Origin: Mycobacteriales bacterium
Lineage (GTDB): Bacteria > Actinomycetota > Actinomycetes > Mycobacteriales > SCTD01
DNA length: 64,000 nucleotides
Direction: 5' to 3'
Assembly: GCA_046590985.1 (NCBI GenBank)
Contig: JBKJVH010000121.1
Coordinates: 8,148-72,147, forward strand
Shown piece after piece: positions 52,381-61,714 of this stretch (positions within the stretch are counted from its first letter, which is position 1; each line of letters begins with the position of its first letter). Under the pieces are notes generated by a model that did no database searches, was not told where the DNA came from, and was given only the letters and a program-made list of their open reading frames with translations. The position numbers were made by a program, and so were the translations under genes.

Positions 52381-53529
52381 ATGCCGACCGTGACTCTTGA
52401 TGTGACCGCCGTCCAGAAGCTGGTGGACCGGGCAGCCGAGGAGGTCGACGCTGGCACGCTGCCCTCCTGCCAACTCGCGCTCGCCCTCGACGGTGAGGTG
52501 CAGCTGCTCGCCACGCTCGGCGCTGCCACGGACGCCAGCCGCTACACGGTGTTCTCCGTGACGAAGGCTCTGACCGGCGCCGCGGCTTGGGGGCTCATCA
52601 GCGACGGGCTGCTCGCGCCGAGCGCGCGCGTCGCCGACCTGGTGCCCCGGTTCGCCGAGAACGGCAAGCTTGACGTCACCGTCGAGCACCTGCTCACGCA
52701 CACCGCCGGCTTCCCGCGGGCACCGATCCGGGCGGAGCAGGGCGCGACCTCGGCGCTGCGGGTGGAGCGCTTCGCAGGGTGGCGTCTCGACAGCGAACCT
52801 GGGTCGCGTACGGAGTACCACTCCGTCAGTGCGCACTGGGTCCTGGCCGAGGTGATCGAGCAGGTGAGCGGCCGGGACTACCGGGCCTACGTCACGGAGC
52901 GGGTGCTGGCACCGCTCGGCCTGACGAGGCTTCGCCTCGGGGTGGCGCCCGACCAGGCGGCCGACGTCCTCGACGTGGTGCTGGTCGGGGAGGCCGCGAT
53001 CGACGGCCCAGCTGTGCCGGTGGTGGCGACGACCGAGATGCTGCTGCGCTTCAACGACCCCGTCGTACGCGAGATCGGCGTCCCCGGGGCCGGCGCCGTC
53101 TCCGATGCCGGCGACGTCGCGCTGCTCTACCAGGCGCTGTTGCACAACCCCGGAGACCTCTGGGACCCGGAGGTGCTGTCCGATGCGACCGGGCACGTCC
53201 GGAACACCCAGATTGACCCGTTCACCGGCGTACCCGCCAACCGGACGCTCGGGCTGTCCGTTGCCGGCGACGACGGGAAGGCCGCGATGCGCGAGTTCGG
53301 CCGGTCGACCGGCCCGCGGGCTTTCGGCGCCTCCGGCCTCGGTGGGCAGGTGGCGTGGGCCGACCCGGACTCGGGACTGTCGTTCTGCTACCTCACCAAC
53401 GGCCTGCACGCCGATCTCGTGACGTCGTTCGTCCGCTCCTCCCGGATCGCCACGTTGGCCGCCCGGTGCGCGCCGTCACGTCAAAACGCCCCCACAGGCC
53501 CCCGTGTTGCGCCAGAGTGCGCACCGTGA
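52381..53529 (+). CDS. Serine hydrolase (beta-lactamase / esterase family)
   Basis: S-x-x-K motif FSVTKALTG and HLLTHTAGF. GTGA overlap with the downstream ligase. Confidence 0.8.
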   Translation: MPTVTLDVTAVQKLVDRAAEEVDAGTLPSCQLALALDGEVQLLATLGAATDASRYTVFSVTKALTGAAAWGLISDGLLAPSARVADLVPRFAENGKLDVTVEHLLTHTAGFPRAPIRAEQGATSALRVERFAGWRLDSEPGSRTEYHSVSAHWVLAEVIEQVSGRDYRAYVTERVLAPLGLTRLRLGVAPDQAADVLDVVLVGEAAIDGPAVPVVATTEMLLRFNDPVVREIGVPGAGAVSDAGDVALLYQALLHNPGDLWDPEVLSDATGHVRNTQIDPFTGVPANRTLGLSVAGDDGKAAMREFGRSTGPRAFGASGLGGQVAWADPDSGLSFCYLTNGLHADLVTSFVRSSRIATLAARCAPSRQNAPTGPRVAPECAP

Positions 53530-55100
53530 CCTTCAACCTCGCAGACCTGTACGAGGCCGTGGCCGACGCCGATCCCGACCGTGAGGTCCTCGTCGTCGGT
53601 GACTGCCGGCTCACCTACCGCCAGCTCGACGAGCGGGCCAATCGGCTCGCCGGCGTGCTGGCCGCTGCCGGCGTCGGAGCTGGTGACACCGTCGGCCTGC
53701 AGCTGGCCAACGGGTCGGAGTACCTCGAGGGCATGCTCGCCGCCTTCAAGCTGTCGGCCATCCCGGTGAACATCAACTACCGGTACGTCGAGCGGGAGCT
53801 GCGCTACCTGTTCGAGGACTCCGCGATCGTCGCGCTGATCGTCCACCGCGCCTTCGCGGGCCGGGCGGCGGCCGCGCTCGACACCCCGCTGCGCCTGGTC
53901 CTCGACGTCGCCGACGGTACGGACGGCCCTGCGGTGGCAGGCTCGCTCCCGTACGAGGAAGCCCTGGACGGTGCGTCGGCCGAGCGGCCGAGTGCGGCCG
54001 GTCGAAGCTCGGAGGACCTGTACCTCATCTACACCGGTGGGACGACCGGCATGCCGAAGGGGGTCGTCTGGCGCCACGAGGACATCTTCAAGTCCGCGAT
54101 GGGCGGCGGCGACCTCACCCAGAGCGGCGACTACGCGACCTCGGCGGCGGACCTCGGGGCCCGGCTGCCCGAGAACGGGATCATCGCCCTCGCCGCGCCG
54201 CCGCTGATGCACGCAGCCGCCCACTGGCTCGCCCTGAACATGCTGTACACCGGCGGCAAGGTCGTCCTCATGCCGCTGGGGAGGTTCGACCCTGCCGAGG
54301 TGTGGCAGACGATCGCGGACGAGAACGTCTTCAACATCGTCCTCGTGGGTGACGCGATGACCAAGCCGATGCTCGACTACCTGGAGGGTCACCAGGACTC
54401 GGTGAAGGCCGACAGCCTCTGGGTCATCGCCTCCAGCGGAGCCCCGCTCTCCCAGCACACGAAGGACCGCCTGCTGGTGCTGCTGCCCGGACGGATGCTC
54501 TTCGACTCCCTCGGGTCCAGCGAGACCGGGACGTTGGGGACCAAGGAGGGGGGGACGTTCCGGCTCAACGCGACCACGAACGTCATGTCGCCGGACAACC
54601 AGGTGGTCCAGCCGGGTTCGGGCGTCGTCGGCAAGGTCGCCCGTCGTGGCCACGTCCCGCTTCGGTACCACAACGACCCCGTCAAGTCCGCCGCCACCTT
54701 CGTCGAGGTCGATGGCGTGCGGTGGGCTCTGACCGGCGACGACGCCCTGCTGGAGGCGGACGGGACGGTGACGCTGCTGGGTCGCGGCTCCCTGTGCATC
54801 AACACCGGCGGGGAGAAGGTCTACCCCGAGGAGGTCGAGGAGCCACTCAAGTCGCACCCGGCCGTCGAGGATGCGTTGGTCGTCGGCGTGCCCGACGAGC
54901 GCTGGGGCGAGCGGGTCGTCGCGGTCGTCCACGCGCTGACGCCCGTGACGCTCGCCGAGCTGCAGGACCACGTGCGCGAGAGCGTGGCCGGGTACAAGGT
55001 CCCCCGGGATCTCGTGCTCGTCGACCAGGTCGTGAGATCGCCCGCGGGCAAAGCAGACTACCGGTGGGCCAAAGACGTCGCCGTCAGGGCACTGGGCTAA
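53526..55100 (+). CDS. Acyl-CoA synthetase (AMP-dependent ligase)
   Basis: GTG 53526 (VTFNLADLYEAVA...). AMP-binding motif LIYTGGTTGMPKGV, plus GEKVYPEEVE and the C-terminal GKADYRW. Confidence 0.85.
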   Translation: MTFNLADLYEAVADADPDREVLVVGDCRLTYRQLDERANRLAGVLAAAGVGAGDTVGLQLANGSEYLEGMLAAFKLSAIPVNINYRYVERELRYLFEDSAIVALIVHRAFAGRAAAALDTPLRLVLDVADGTDGPAVAGSLPYEEALDGASAERPSAAGRSSEDLYLIYTGGTTGMPKGVVWRHEDIFKSAMGGGDLTQSGDYATSAADLGARLPENGIIALAAPPLMHAAAHWLALNMLYTGGKVVLMPLGRFDPAEVWQTIADENVFNIVLVGDAMTKPMLDYLEGHQDSVKADSLWVIASSGAPLSQHTKDRLLVLLPGRMLFDSLGSSETGTLGTKEGGTFRLNATTNVMSPDNQVVQPGSGVVGKVARRGHVPLRYHNDPVKSAATFVEVDGVRWALTGDDALLEADGTVTLLGRGSLCINTGGEKVYPEEVEEPLKSHPAVEDALVVGVPDERWGERVVAVVHALTPVTLAELQDHVRESVAGYKVPRDLVLVDQVVRSPAGKADYRWAKDVAVRALG

Positions 55101-55110
55101 GGAGCGGCAC

Positions 55111-56514
55111 ATGGAACAGCTCAGTGCGATGGACGCGTCTTTTCTCTACCTCGAGTCACCGACCTGCCAGCAGCACGTGCTCGGGGTCATGCTGCTCGAC
55201 GCCAAGGGCGCCAAGGGTGGCTTCACCACGGAGCGCTTCCGGCAGGTGATGGCCGACCGCTTCCACCTGATGCCGGCGTTCCAGCGCAGCATCGTGGAGG
55301 TGCCGCTGCACCTGGACCACCCGTACTGGGTGCACGACCACGAGCTCGACCTCGACAAGCACCTGCACACCGCGACCCTGCCGGCGCCGGGAGACCTGAA
55401 GGCCCTCGGGAAGCTCGTCGGGGAGATCGGTTCCTCGGTGCTGCCCCGGGACCGGCCGCTGTGGGAGATGTGGCTCGTCGACGGGCTCGCCTCCGGCCAG
55501 GTCGCCATGGTCTCCAAGATGCACCACTCCACGATCTACGGCTCGGCCGGCTCCGACATGATGGCCAACCTGCTCGACCTGAGCCCGGACCACCGGGACG
55601 TGGAGCCGGCCCCGACCATCCCCGTCGAACCGCACCCGAGCAGCGTCGGACTCCTGGGACGGGCGGCCGTCAACGGGGCCCGCCGGCCGGTCCACGTCGT
55701 CAAGGGCGTGCTCGGCTCGGGCAAGCGGGTGCTGGCGATGGGCTCGATGGTCGGGCGCTCGGTGGTGAGCAAGTCGTCCATGACGTTGCCGTTCAGCGCA
55801 CCGAAGTCCCTCCTCAACGGCCGGCTCACCGCCCGCCGGGAGATGGCGTTCACCGAGGTCGACTTCGCCGACATCAAGCTGATCAAGGACACCTTCGGGT
55901 GCAAGGTCAACGACGTGGTCCTCGCGGCCGTCACCTCCTCGTTGCGCGACTACCTGGTGGCGCGGGACGCGCTCCCCGACAAGCCGCTGGTGGCGAGCGT
56001 TCCGATGAACCTCGGCGCCGGCGCGGTGGCCGGGACCGACAAGATCACGGCCATCATGGTGCCGTTGCCGGTGCAGACCGCGGATGCGGTCGACCAGCTG
56101 ATGGAGTGCGCGAAGCACAGCATCGAGAGCAAGGGCACCACAGAGGCGATGGGCGTCGACACCGTCGGTGAGGTGATCGCGCTCGTGCCGCCGTTGCTGA
56201 TCATGGGTGGCGGCAAGCTGTACGACGGGTTCGGGCTGTCGCGCCTGCACCCGCCGCTGCAGTCCCTGGTGGTGTCGAACATGCCTGGCCCACCGATCCC
56301 GCTCTACCTCGCCGGGGCCCGCGTCGATGGCGTCTACCCCTTCGGGCCGCTGCTGCCCGGTTCAGGGCTCAACATCACGGTGCTGTCCAACATGGGGAAC
56401 CTGGACGTGGGACTCATCGGCTGCCCGGACCTGGTGCCCGACCTCTGGGAGATCGCCGACGGCTTTCCGGCTGCGATCGCCGAGCTCAAGAAGCGTGCGC
56501 TCGCGCGCACGTGA
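55111..56514 (+). CDS. WS/DGAT family acyltransferase paralog with a non-canonical HHSTIYG motif
   Basis: DASFLYLESP opening and NMPGPP. The catalytic box reads KMHHSTIYGSAG instead of HHxxxDG. Confidence 0.85.
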   Translation: MEQLSAMDASFLYLESPTCQQHVLGVMLLDAKGAKGGFTTERFRQVMADRFHLMPAFQRSIVEVPLHLDHPYWVHDHELDLDKHLHTATLPAPGDLKALGKLVGEIGSSVLPRDRPLWEMWLVDGLASGQVAMVSKMHHSTIYGSAGSDMMANLLDLSPDHRDVEPAPTIPVEPHPSSVGLLGRAAVNGARRPVHVVKGVLGSGKRVLAMGSMVGRSVVSKSSMTLPFSAPKSLLNGRLTARREMAFTEVDFADIKLIKDTFGCKVNDVVLAAVTSSLRDYLVARDALPDKPLVASVPMNLGAGAVAGTDKITAIMVPLPVQTADAVDQLMECAKHSIESKGTTEAMGVDTVGEVIALVPPLLIMGGGKLYDGFGLSRLHPPLQSLVVSNMPGPPIPLYLAGARVDGVYPFGPLLPGSGLNITVLSNMGNLDVGLIGCPDLVPDLWEIADGFPAAIAELKKRALART

Positions 56515-57026
56515 TCGCTCACGGGCTGGTGCTCGGCCCGCTCCGAGGCGTGGATCTGACGTTGAGGCCTGGGCTGACGGTGCTCGCCGGTGACCACGGG
56601 ACCGGAGCGACCACGCTGCTCCGGGTGCTGGCGGGTCTGGACACGCCGACCTCCGGCACGGTGTCGGTCGGTTCAGCGTTCCTGCTCGAAGCGCCGCCGG
56701 GCTGGGAGTGGCAGGACCACGACATCGCGACCTCGGCGCTGCAAGCCCCGCACCTGGTCGGTCGCGAGATGTGGACGCTCTCGGGTGGGGAGCGCCAGCG
56801 GGTGCGGTTGGCCACGGCCCTGGAGTCGTCGGCGGACGTGCTGCTGCTCGACGAGCCGTTCGGCTACCTCGACGAGCTGGGGGTGCGGATGCTCGTCAGC
56901 ATCCTGGCGGGTGACGGCCGGCCGGTGCTGGCGGTGTGCAAGTCCGACCCTCGCGTCGCGGCCGCAGCGTCGCGTGTCGTGGCCCTGGTGGAGGGCGTGC
57001 TCATCGACGGGGACGGCTCCTCCTAG
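56511..57026 (+). CDS. Short ABC-type ATPase-like protein with degenerate Walker A and H-loop
   Basis: 171 aa. GDHGTGATT sits where G-x-x-G-x-GK(S/T) is expected. The LSGGERQRV signature and LLLDEP Walker B are intact. AVCKSD sits where the H-loop His is expected. GTGA overlap with the WS/DGAT stop. Confidence 0.6.
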   Translation: MIAHGLVLGPLRGVDLTLRPGLTVLAGDHGTGATTLLRVLAGLDTPTSGTVSVGSAFLLEAPPGWEWQDHDIATSALQAPHLVGREMWTLSGGERQRVRLATALESSADVLLLDEPFGYLDELGVRMLVSILAGDGRPVLAVCKSDPRVAAAASRVVALVEGVLIDGDGSS

Positions 57027-57105
57027 CGAAACCCTGTTGTGGCAGGGGATTCCAGCCGGGACCCTTCTGGTCGGTCCCCACCCGAAGCCGCCGGAGGTGA
57101 GCACG

Positions 57106-57591
57106 ATGTTCGACAGCACGCTGGTGCTCAACGCCAGCTTTGAGGTGCTCGAGTCGGTGTCGTGGCAGCGGGCCGTGACGCTGGTCGTGCTCGGTGATGC
57201 CGTGATCCACGAGGCGGATCCGGAGCGGGAGGTGCGCAGCCAGCACCTGACGCTGCCGTTCCCGGTGGTCGTCCGGTTGCGTGCCTACGTGCACCTGCAT
57301 CACCGGGCCCGAAGCGGGGTCAGCAAGAAGGGCGTGCTGGCCCGTGACAAGCGGACCTGCATCTACTGCGGTCGGCGCGGTGACACCGTCGACCACCTGC
57401 AGCCGCAGTCCCGTGGTGGGACCAACAGCTGGCTGAACCTCGCTGCGTGCTGCCACTCCTGCAACAACAGGAAGGCCGACCGGACTCCTGAGGAGGCCGG
57501 CATGAAGACCCGCTGGCAGCCGTGGCGCCCCGACGGCGTCGGGGCCACCCAGCGGCAGGTCTGGAGGGGCCTCCTCGCCCCCCAGGTCTGA
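57106..57591 (+). CDS. HNH endonuclease (conserved actinobacterial type)
   Basis: GGAGGTGA lies upstream of ATG 57106. Contains LVLNASFEVLESVSWQRAV ... CIYCGRRGDTVDHLQPQSRGG ... NLAACCHSCNNRKADR. Confidence 0.85.
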   Translation: MFDSTLVLNASFEVLESVSWQRAVTLVVLGDAVIHEADPEREVRSQHLTLPFPVVVRLRAYVHLHHRARSGVSKKGVLARDKRTCIYCGRRGDTVDHLQPQSRGGTNSWLNLAACCHSCNNRKADRTPEEAGMKTRWQPWRPDGVGATQRQVWRGLLAPQV

Positions 57592-57626
57592 CGGCCGGAC
57601 CGCCCCACGACGGGGCGGTCCGGCCG
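57592..57626 (+). terminator. Strong terminator-like hairpin (15-bp perfect GC-rich stem, 5-nt loop)
   Basis: CGGCCGGACCGCCCC-ACGAC-GGGGCGGTCCGGCCG begins 1 nt after the HNH stop. All 15 pairs were verified. No T-tract, as is common in actinobacteria. Confidence 0.6.
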
Positions 57627-57655
57627 GTACGGCGCCCTGGTGCAGACTGCGGGCT

Positions 57656-59311
57656 GTGGGCTTCCTCTCTCCAAGCGTCCCGGACTTCGACCTCGACGCG
57701 TGGGCGGCGCTCCCGCACCACCAGAAGCTCAAGCCGTTGGCGCAGGACTGGGCGGTCAACGGCTTCGGGACGCCGTACGCCATCTACCTGCTGTACGCGG
57801 TGAAGCTCGTCGCGTTCGTGGGGGGAGCTGCGCTCGTCATGGGTCTGCCCGGCGACGTCAGCTGGACCGACCCGGTGGCCTACCAAAAGGCAGTGGTGTG
57901 GACGCTGCTGTGGGAGATCCTCGGGCTGGGATGCGGCTCGATGCCGCTGACCTTCCGGTTCCTGCCGCCGATCGGAGGGTTCCTGTACTTCCTGCGGCCC
58001 GGCACGATCCGGCTTCCACCGTGGTCTCAGGTCCCGTTGACCCGAGGAACCAGTCGAGGGCTCGTCGACGTCGCGCTGTACCTCGGGGTGCTCGGCAGCA
58101 GTGGCTACCTGCTCAGCCAGGACAGCCTGCACCACGCGCCCATCGGTGTGTTGCTGATCTGCCTGGGGTTGCTGGGTTTTCGCGACAAGACCGCGTTCCT
58201 GGCCGCCCGCCCGGAGCACTACGCGGTCATGCTCGTGGTGTTCTTGTTCGCGCCCGTCAACCTGGTGTTCGCCCTCAAGCTCGTGATGGTCGCGCTCTGG
58301 TGGGGCGCGGCAACGTCCAAGCTCAACCGGCACTTCCCCTTCGTGGTGTCGGTGATGATCAGCAACACGCCGTGGCAGCGGTCGACCTGGGTCAAGAAGC
58401 GGCTGTGGCGTGCGTTTCCTGACGACCTGCGCCCGTCCCGCCTAGCTGAGCTGGCGGCGCACAGCGGCACCGTTGTGGAGTACCTCGTGCCCCTGGTGCT
58501 GCTCGTCTCCAGGGGAGGCATCGCCACCACCGTGGCCGTCACCGTGATGGTGCTGTTCCACGTGCACATCACCTCGACGCTGCCGCTCGGCGTGCCGCTG
58601 GAGTGGAACCTGTTCTTCATCTACTCGACGCTGTTCCTGTTCGGGCACTATGCAGGCGTCGGTCCCGGGACGCTCGATGCGCCGCTGCTCGTGGCCTTTC
58701 TCGCGCTGGTGCTGGTGGCGATCCCGGCGGTGGGGAACTTCCGGCCCGACCTGGTCTCGTTCCTTCCCGGCATGCGCTACTACGCCGGCAACTGGGCGAC
58801 CAGCGCGTGGCTGTTCCGCAACGACGGCGCGGAGCAGCTCCTCGACGAGCACCTCACGAAAGCAGCTCCGGTCGTCGCCGCACAGCTCACCCGCCTGTAC
58901 GACGCGGAGATGGCCGAGCTGTTGCTCTACAAGGGCCTCGCGTTCCGGTCCATGCACTCCCACGGCCGCGCGTTGGGTGGGCTGATGGCCCGTGCCGTGG
59001 ACGACCTGACGGCGTACACGGTGCGCGAGGGCGAGCTCGTCGCCGGGGTCGCGCTGGGCTGGAACTTCGGGGAGGGGCACCTGCATCAGGCGCAGCTGCT
59101 GGCGGCGATCCAGGAGCGGTGCCACTTCGCGCCGGGGCAGCTGCGGGTCATCGCCCTCGAGGCCCAGCCGGTGAACCGCGACAGTCAGCGGTACCAGATC
59201 CTCGATGCCGCATCGGGTCTGCTCGAACGCGGTGAGGTGAAGGTCGCCGACATGTGCAGCCGGCAGCCCTGGCTGGGCGACGACGTCACCATCCCGGTGA
59301 CCCTCAGATGA
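57656..59311 (+). CDS. DUF3556-type integral membrane protein
   Basis: The opening GFLSPSVPDFDLDAWAALPHHQKLKPLAQDWAVNGFGTPYAIYLLY matches, from memory, the DUF3556 N-terminus. Multiple TM segments. 551 aa. Confidence 0.7.
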   Translation: MGFLSPSVPDFDLDAWAALPHHQKLKPLAQDWAVNGFGTPYAIYLLYAVKLVAFVGGAALVMGLPGDVSWTDPVAYQKAVVWTLLWEILGLGCGSMPLTFRFLPPIGGFLYFLRPGTIRLPPWSQVPLTRGTSRGLVDVALYLGVLGSSGYLLSQDSLHHAPIGVLLICLGLLGFRDKTAFLAARPEHYAVMLVVFLFAPVNLVFALKLVMVALWWGAATSKLNRHFPFVVSVMISNTPWQRSTWVKKRLWRAFPDDLRPSRLAELAAHSGTVVEYLVPLVLLVSRGGIATTVAVTVMVLFHVHITSTLPLGVPLEWNLFFIYSTLFLFGHYAGVGPGTLDAPLLVAFLALVLVAIPAVGNFRPDLVSFLPGMRYYAGNWATSAWLFRNDGAEQLLDEHLTKAAPVVAAQLTRLYDAEMAELLLYKGLAFRSMHSHGRALGGLMARAVDDLTAYTVREGELVAGVALGWNFGEGHLHQAQLLAAIQERCHFAPGQLRVIALEAQPVNRDSQRYQILDAASGLLERGEVKVADMCSRQPWLGDDVTIPVTLR

Positions 59312-60699
59312 CCGACGCGTTCGTCGTCGGGTCGGGCCCGAACGGGCTGTCAGGAGCCCTCGTGCTGGCCCGCGCCGGCCTGAAGGTGACGGTGCTCGAA
59401 GCGGCCGACACCATCGGTGGCGGGACGCGCAGCAGCGAGCTCACCGTTCCCGGGGTGCTGCACGACCACTGCTCCGCGGTGCACCCGATGGGGGTCGGCT
59501 CCCCGTTCCTGCGCGCCCTGGACATCGAGTGGCTCTGGCCTGAGATCGACCTCGCCCACCCGTTGCTCGGCCAGCCGCCCGCGGTGCTGCGACGGTCGCT
59601 TCCGGACACCGTGACGGGGTTGGGGGAGGACGGTGCGGCGTGGGCGCGGCTCTTCGGGCCGCTGGCCAGGGGCTTCGACGCGCTGAACGAAGACCTGCTG
59701 CGGCCGGTGGTTCACCTCCCGAAGCATCCGCTCCTGCTGGCCAGGTTCGGCGTCCACGCGCTGGCGCCGGCCTCCCTGATCGCGCGGCGATGGCGAACCG
59801 ACCAGGCGCGAGCGCTCTTCGCCGGGGTGTCCGCCCACGCGTTCCGGCCCTTGAGCAGTCCGGGCAGCGCGGCGATCGGGTTGGCCCTCACGGCCGCCGG
59901 CCACGCCTTCGGCTGGCCGGTGGCCAAGGGGGGCTCGCGGGCGATCAGCGACGTGATGGCGGCGGAGGTCGTGGCGCTCGGCGGCACGATCGAGACCGGC
60001 GTGACCGTGCGCTCCCTGCAGGACCTGACCGGGATCGTGCTCCTCGACGTCGCTCCCGCAGCAGCCGCCGACCTCGCCGGTGACCGGATGCCGGCTCGGG
60101 TCCAACGGGCCTATCGGCGCTACCGCCACGGGCCGGGTGCGTTCAAGGTCGACCTGGCTGTCGAGGGGGGCGTGCCGTGGCGGGACGAGGCCTGCCGGCG
60201 GGCCGGGACGGTGCATGTCGGCGGCACGCTGGAGCAGATCGCGGCGTCCGAGCGGGAGGTCGTGAACGGCCGGATGCCGACCGACCCGTTCGTCCTGGTG
60301 GCGCAGCAGTACCTCGCCGACCCGGGCAGGTCCGCCGGTGACGTGCACCCGGTGTGGGCCTACGCGCACGTGCCGCACGGCTGGGACGGCGACGCGACCG
60401 AGGTGCTGCTCGACCAGCTCGAGCGCTACGCGCCAGGGCTCCGCGACCGGATCGTCGGTCAGGCCACACGGTCCACCGGCCAGCTGGCGGCGTACAACGC
60501 CAACTACGTCGGTGGGGATGTCGTCACCGGTGCGAACACGCTGACCCAGGTGGCGTTGCGGCCGAGGGTCGCGCGGGACCCGTACAGCACCGGGATCCCA
60601 GGTGTGTTCCTGTGCTCCGCCGCGACGCCTCCGGGTGCGGGGGTGCACGGCATGTGCGGCGTGAACGCGGCGCAGTCCGCGTTGCGGCACCGGGGCTGA
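59308..60699 (+). CDS. Phytoene-desaturase-family NAD(P)/FAD-dependent oxidoreductase
   Basis: ATG 59308 overlaps the previous stop (ATGA). FVVGSGPNGLSGALVLARAGLKVTVLEAADTIGGG dinucleotide fold. Confidence 0.85.
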   Translation: MTDAFVVGSGPNGLSGALVLARAGLKVTVLEAADTIGGGTRSSELTVPGVLHDHCSAVHPMGVGSPFLRALDIEWLWPEIDLAHPLLGQPPAVLRRSLPDTVTGLGEDGAAWARLFGPLARGFDALNEDLLRPVVHLPKHPLLLARFGVHALAPASLIARRWRTDQARALFAGVSAHAFRPLSSPGSAAIGLALTAAGHAFGWPVAKGGSRAISDVMAAEVVALGGTIETGVTVRSLQDLTGIVLLDVAPAAAADLAGDRMPARVQRAYRRYRHGPGAFKVDLAVEGGVPWRDEACRRAGTVHVGGTLEQIAASEREVVNGRMPTDPFVLVAQQYLADPGRSAGDVHPVWAYAHVPHGWDGDATEVLLDQLERYAPGLRDRIVGQATRSTGQLAAYNANYVGGDVVTGANTLTQVALRPRVARDPYSTGIPGVFLCSAATPPGAGVHGMCGVNAAQSALRHRG

Positions 60700-60744
60700 C
60701 CGACCGCGATGGCCAGGCATGCGTCACCGTGTCGGAAGGAACGT

Positions 60745-60769
60745 CGCGTCGCCGGCAGGAAACGACGCG
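60745..60769 (+). terminator. Candidate hairpin CGCGTCG-N11-CGACGCG downstream of the oxidoreductase
   Basis: Perfect 7-bp arms, 46 nt after the stop at 60699. Confidence 0.25.
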
Positions 60770-60835
60770 GCAACCACGAACCCTGACGGTGGAGCGGGAC
60801 CATCCCGCAGCCCAGAGAGTCGGAGGTCCGGACGG

Positions 60836-61678
60836 ATGCGCACGCTGCTGCACGTCCCGGGCCCTGCGGTCACGGTGGACCTCCGTCGCCGCAGCGACAT
60901 GCTTGTCGAGGTCATCGAACGGCTGCTGACGACCGTGCTGCACGCCAACGGGCTGCTGTTGGCCCAGGTCGCGTCGCCGTTGCTGCTGGACGGGCCGGTC
61001 GTGGTGGAGCGTGGCAGTGCCGCGACGACCACCACGTGCTCCTCCGCGCTGACCGTGCTGCGCAAGCACATCCCCGGGGGGCTGCACGTCCCGCCCGGTC
61101 ACCTGGTGCTGGCCGCTTCCGACGAGCAGGCGCTCGCCGAGTGCCGGCTGCTGCCCTTGCTGCTGTCCTCGGTGATGGACGCGCAGGTGCAACAGCAGGT
61201 CGCCGAGAACGCCACCCGAGGGGCCCTCGAGATCGCGAACCGCGACCCCGCGACGGGGCTGGGGAACCGGCGGGCCTGGCTGCAGTCGCTGCGCGTGGAG
61301 GCCTCACGCGCCCAGCGCACCGGCCGGCCGTTGACGGTCCTGGTCGTGGACCTGGACGGGCTCAAGGCGGTCAACGACGCGCAGGGTCACGCGGCCGGCG
61401 ATGAACTCATCGTGCGCGCGGCGCACGCCCTCGTCATGGCCCGGCGGGCGACCGATGAGGTGTGCCGCCTCGGTGGCGACGAGTTCGGCCTCATCGCGCC
61501 CGACACCGACGGTGAGCAGGCCGCGTCGCTCGTCGAGCGGGTCCGGCGGGTGCTGGTGTCGCAGGGAGTCGTCGCGTCTGTGGGCTTGGCGGTCGGGGCC
61601 GGTGAGGTCAGCATCGACGAGCTGTGGCAGTGCGCCGATGCCGCGATGTACGACGACAAGAGGTCGAGGCGGGGCTGA
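60836..61678 (+). CDS. Diguanylate cyclase (GGDEF) with an uncharacterised N-terminal sensor region
   Basis: DPATGLGNRRAW, DLDGLKAVND and an RLGGDEFG active site. I prefer ATG 60836, 11 nt after GGAGG; the track start is 60719. Confidence 0.8.
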   Translation: MRTLLHVPGPAVTVDLRRRSDMLVEVIERLLTTVLHANGLLLAQVASPLLLDGPVVVERGSAATTTTCSSALTVLRKHIPGGLHVPPGHLVLAASDEQALAECRLLPLLLSSVMDAQVQQQVAENATRGALEIANRDPATGLGNRRAWLQSLRVEASRAQRTGRPLTVLVVDLDGLKAVNDAQGHAAGDELIVRAAHALVMARRATDEVCRLGGDEFGLIAPDTDGEQAASLVERVRRVLVSQGVVASVGLAVGAGEVSIDELWQCADAAMYDDKRSRRG

Positions 61679-61714
61679 TCCTGGGCAGGAGGACGCCGGG
61701 CGACGGCGAACAGT

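Noticed and set aside
56511-57591. Mini ATPase plus HNH nuclease as a Septu-like (ATPase + HNH) anti-phage pair
   Set aside because: The HNH protein has the sequence pattern of a single-copy endonuclease conserved across actinobacteria. The ATPase is only 171 aa with a dead P-loop, and it is start-stop coupled to the WS/DGAT rather than to the HNH gene (79 nt gap). No other defence-island hallmarks are present.
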